This document shows, in pieces, positions 62,744 to 64,000 of a DNA stretch of 64,000 nucleotides. The notes beneath the pieces were generated by a model that was given only the letters and a program-made list of their open reading frames with translations, was not told the origin of the DNA and did not search any database. Each line of letters begins with the position of its first letter. Within the stretch, counting starts at the first letter, position 1. A program made the position numbers and the translations under genes. Source of the DNA: Gammaproteobacteria bacterium (GTDB lineage Bacteria; Pseudomonadota; Gammaproteobacteria; Ga0077554; Ga007554); NCBI GenBank assembly GCA_033717875.1, contig JADDKJ010000015.1, forward strand, positions 285 to 64,284, written 5' to 3'.

Positions 62744-64000
62744 GGGCACTTCTATAAATTCCCCAATGCCGCTACGCTTCTGCCATGCAAACGAGCCTCT
62801 TTGATCTTGAGAACCGCTACGCCAGCCTGAGTGCTGCGGGCGATCCGCTGGAGCGGCTTGATGCCGTCCTTGACTGGGAAATCTTCCGCCCCATCCTTGA
62901 GCGGATTGATCTGAAGGAGCGCAAGAACGCGGCTGGGCGCAAGCCCACCTGCCGCATTCTCATGTTCAAGCTACTCATCTTGCAGCGCCTGCACAACCTG
63001 TCCGACGAACGCCTGCAATACCAGGTCACGGATCGGCTGTCCTTCATGCGCTTCCTGGGTCTCGAACTCACCGGCGACGTGCCCGATGCCCGCACCGTCT
63101 GGGCCTTCCGCGAAGCACTCAAGGGGCACTGTCTGGTTGAGCCGCTGTTCGACCGCCTGAACCAGGCGCTGTCTGATCTTGGCGTCGAACTCAAGAGCGG
63201 GCAGATCATCGATGCCACCTTCGTTCCCGTGCCGATCCAGCGCAACGGACGCGAAGACAACGCCCTCATCAAGCAGGACGCTGTTCCGGTCGACTGGGGC
63301 AAGAGTCCCGCCAAACGGGCGCAGAAGGACATCGACGCGCGCTGGACGAAAAAAAGTGGCCAGAACCACTACGGCTACAAGAACCACATCAACGTGGACC
63401 GCGACACCAAGCTCATCGCGGCGCACGCCTGTACGCCTGCCCACATCCACGACAGCCAGACGCTCGAAGCCGTGCTGCGTCCGCAGGACGAAGGCGGCAA
63501 GGAGGTCTGGGCGGATAGCGCATACCGCTCGAACGAGCAGGAACAAAGCCTGGAAGACAGCGGGCACGAGAGCCGGATACACGAGCGCGCATACCGCAAC
63601 ACGCCGCTGACCGAGAAACAGGAAACGTCAAACACCGCCAAATCGCGGGTGCGCGCGCGGGTTGAGCATGTTTTTGCTGCACATGGAAAACAGTATGGGT
63701 GGCATCTTCCTCAACACCATCGGAGCGGCCCGCGCGGCGGTCGGCGTGGGGCTGATGAACCTGGCCTACAACCTCACCCGTATCGAGGTGCTGATTCGCA
63801 AGAAGGTGTTCGGCTTTGACAGGATAAGTGCGCCCGGAATACGGGGGGCGACATGAAAAACGGTCGAAATCCTGCCCCCGGCTATGTCGAGGGAGAAAAA
63901 AAGCGGACAACCCACAGAAAAAAACTCCACGAAATCCGAAAATCCGGAAAATGAAGCTCAGGGATGGAGTGCGGGGCTTCAGACCCTATTTATAGAAGTG
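62744..64000 (+). mobile_element. IS5-family insertion sequence (right IR cut by the window end)
   Basis: Left IR GGGCACTTCTATAAAT; right IR ATTTATAGAAGTG at 63988-64000. Confidence 0.9.
62785..63856 (+). pseudogene. IS5-family transposase with a +1 frameshift near 63678
   Basis: LSDE..E/Q...DRLSF.RFLG, IIDAT, YGYKNH, WADSAY, RARVEHVF. The tail HMENSMGG...NLAYNL is in another frame. Confidence 0.88.

Larger units (their letters stand above)
28342..64000. mobile_element. guaA-integrated ICE with Tn4371-type conjugation module and siderophore cargo (continues beyond the window)
   Basis: Integrase and AlpA, DUF2274-trbIGFL-eexN-trbJEDCB-copG-traG-eexN-lysR block, then cargo. Relaxase and far att site are not seen. 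Confidence 0.85.

Overview
Bacterial chromosome segment of fairly high GC content; xseA-guaB-guaA synteny suggests a gammaproteobacterium. Left part (1-28.3 kb): a two-partner secretion locus (a CdiA/FHA-like exoprotein whose C-terminus appears cut at a GHSxG motif, plus its TpsB), an orphan secreted protein, uup, two Slp lipoproteins, an intact IS630, a full-length Lhr helicase, an NsrR-like Rrf2 regulator, an M23 peptidase, xseA, a candidate C-rich-loop sRNA and guaBA. Right part (28.3-64 kb, continuing off-window): an integrative conjugative element inserted at the 3' end of guaA, with a P4-like integrase, AlpA, Tn4371-type trbB-I/traG, two EexN lipoproteins and a broken LysR. Its cargo is a Fur-controlled NIS siderophore operon carrying a full achromobactin-type enzyme set in rearranged order, headed by a degenerate PvsA (vibrioferrin)-like ATP-grasp protein. 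Also present: FhuF and RraA genes, two tandem CTAG-flanked palindromic elements, a deletion scar of a second rraA, an IutA-like TonB receptor/PepSY uptake module and a frameshifted IS5. All assignments come from reading motifs by eye; no database searches were run.
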